Below, in pieces: positions 63,137 through 64,000 of a stretch of DNA of 64,000 nucleotides. The notes below the pieces were generated by a model, which was given only the letters and a program-made list of their open reading frames with translations, had not been told where the DNA came from and searched no databases. The stretch spans positions 27,280,001 through 27,344,000 of the forward strand of contig OZ116699.1 in assembly GCA_964199315.1 (NCBI GenBank), in the 5' to 3' direction. Positions within the stretch are counted from its first letter, which is position 1, and every line of letters begins with the position of its first letter. The translations under genes and the position numbers were made by a program. This DNA comes from Orbicella franksi (Eukaryota).

Positions 63137-64000
63137 TGCTTACAACAAGCAAGTGTATGTAATTTTGGAAGATCAGGTAAAAGGCTCTGGCAGCAAGTGA
63201 TGGAAGAAAACGGTTAGCCAGACAGCACTGCAATTATTGATTCTGCTGTTACCTTTAATGGTACATGGGCCAAGATAGGCTTCACTTCATTAACAGGTGA
63301 TTTTTGGCATCTCTGTGGACACTGGTGAGGTCTTAGACTACCATGTGATGTCCAAGCCTTGCCATAAGCTGGTTTTAACAGCACTCCAACAGGGACGAAT
63401 TCAAGCATATCCACAATTCACAACATGAAACCAGAAATAGCTTTCCTACTTTCCAAGGACTTTGCTGATTTCCCCAGTACCAAAATTTCTGATGTTCTGG
63501 CTTTTGGCTGGAAGGTCTGTATCATTTTTTTTGCCATTTCTCTCTTAGTATTAAAAAAGGAAATTCTCTACCATATCCTTGATCAGTGCAAATGAAACAT
63601 ATTTTTATGAAAGTCTAAAAAAAGGTTGAAAAGGAAATCATTATGAACTCTTTTGTGAGAATTAATAATTCCATGAGACTATGTTAAACTGTGCCTGTTT
63701 TCCAAATTATATTTATATACGTGAAACACTCACCTGTGAATTGAGTTAAATGAATAATACTAACTAAATTTATGCTAATTACTGTAAAAAACCTGATTTA
63801 GAGACAAAATGTAAACAATATTGAACAGAGAGTTTTGTTATTGCAGGTAATGGTTAAGGCTTCAATGAGTGGAGAAAGTTAATGCTTTTTACTGACAAAA
63901 GTCTGTGGATGCTTGAAACAGTTTCAGCACATAAATGTTGCTGCAGGCATGATTTTCTCAAAAATGCGACAGGCAACGGTATCTACCAGGCATATGATTA

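Larger units (their letters stand above)
62250..63400 (+). mobile_element. Decayed Kolobok-type (Mutator-like domain) transposase, split by a Penelope insertion
   Basis: 5' part TRWQTSP / KKGKSFDVNRRTVWHSIESRMGYEGLSSFGAMINIPCLSRAAY. The 3' part resumes at about 63149 with KQVYVILEDQ...IIDSAVTFNGTWAKIGFTSLTG / ISVDTGEVLDYHVMSKPCHK, with the DGTW Asp changed to Asn. Confidence 0.75.

Overview
This is AT-rich, intron-containing animal DNA. The repeat landscape and gene content suggest an anthozoan, probably a stony coral (inference). Two conserved endolysosomal genes lie head-to-head about 770 bp apart: TSG101 (minus, 10 coding exons, 443 aa, one probable GC-AG intron) and a TBC1D15/17-type Rab7 GAP (plus, 15 coding exons, 708 aa). 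Left of TSG101 is a cluster of three two-exon genes for small secreted basic proteins that share a signal-Gly / short hydrophobic peptide / basic site layout, plus two unassigned long minus-strand reading frames. Right of TBC1D15 is a three-exon secreted-protein gene with one in-frame TGA. From about 53.7 kb the window is a transposon graveyard: RecQ-helicase (Academ-like), CACTA/EnSpm, Gypsy, Kolobok-type and Penelope remnants. It includes an apparently young fold-back insertion with perfect 138-bp arms, a 15-bp target duplication and a hammerhead ribozyme in each arm. Many SINEs and MITEs sit in introns. There are two N gaps, and no CRISPR array, rRNA or true tRNA was seen. All exon calls were made by eye from splice signals and frame continuity, and family names come from motif recognition, not database searches.
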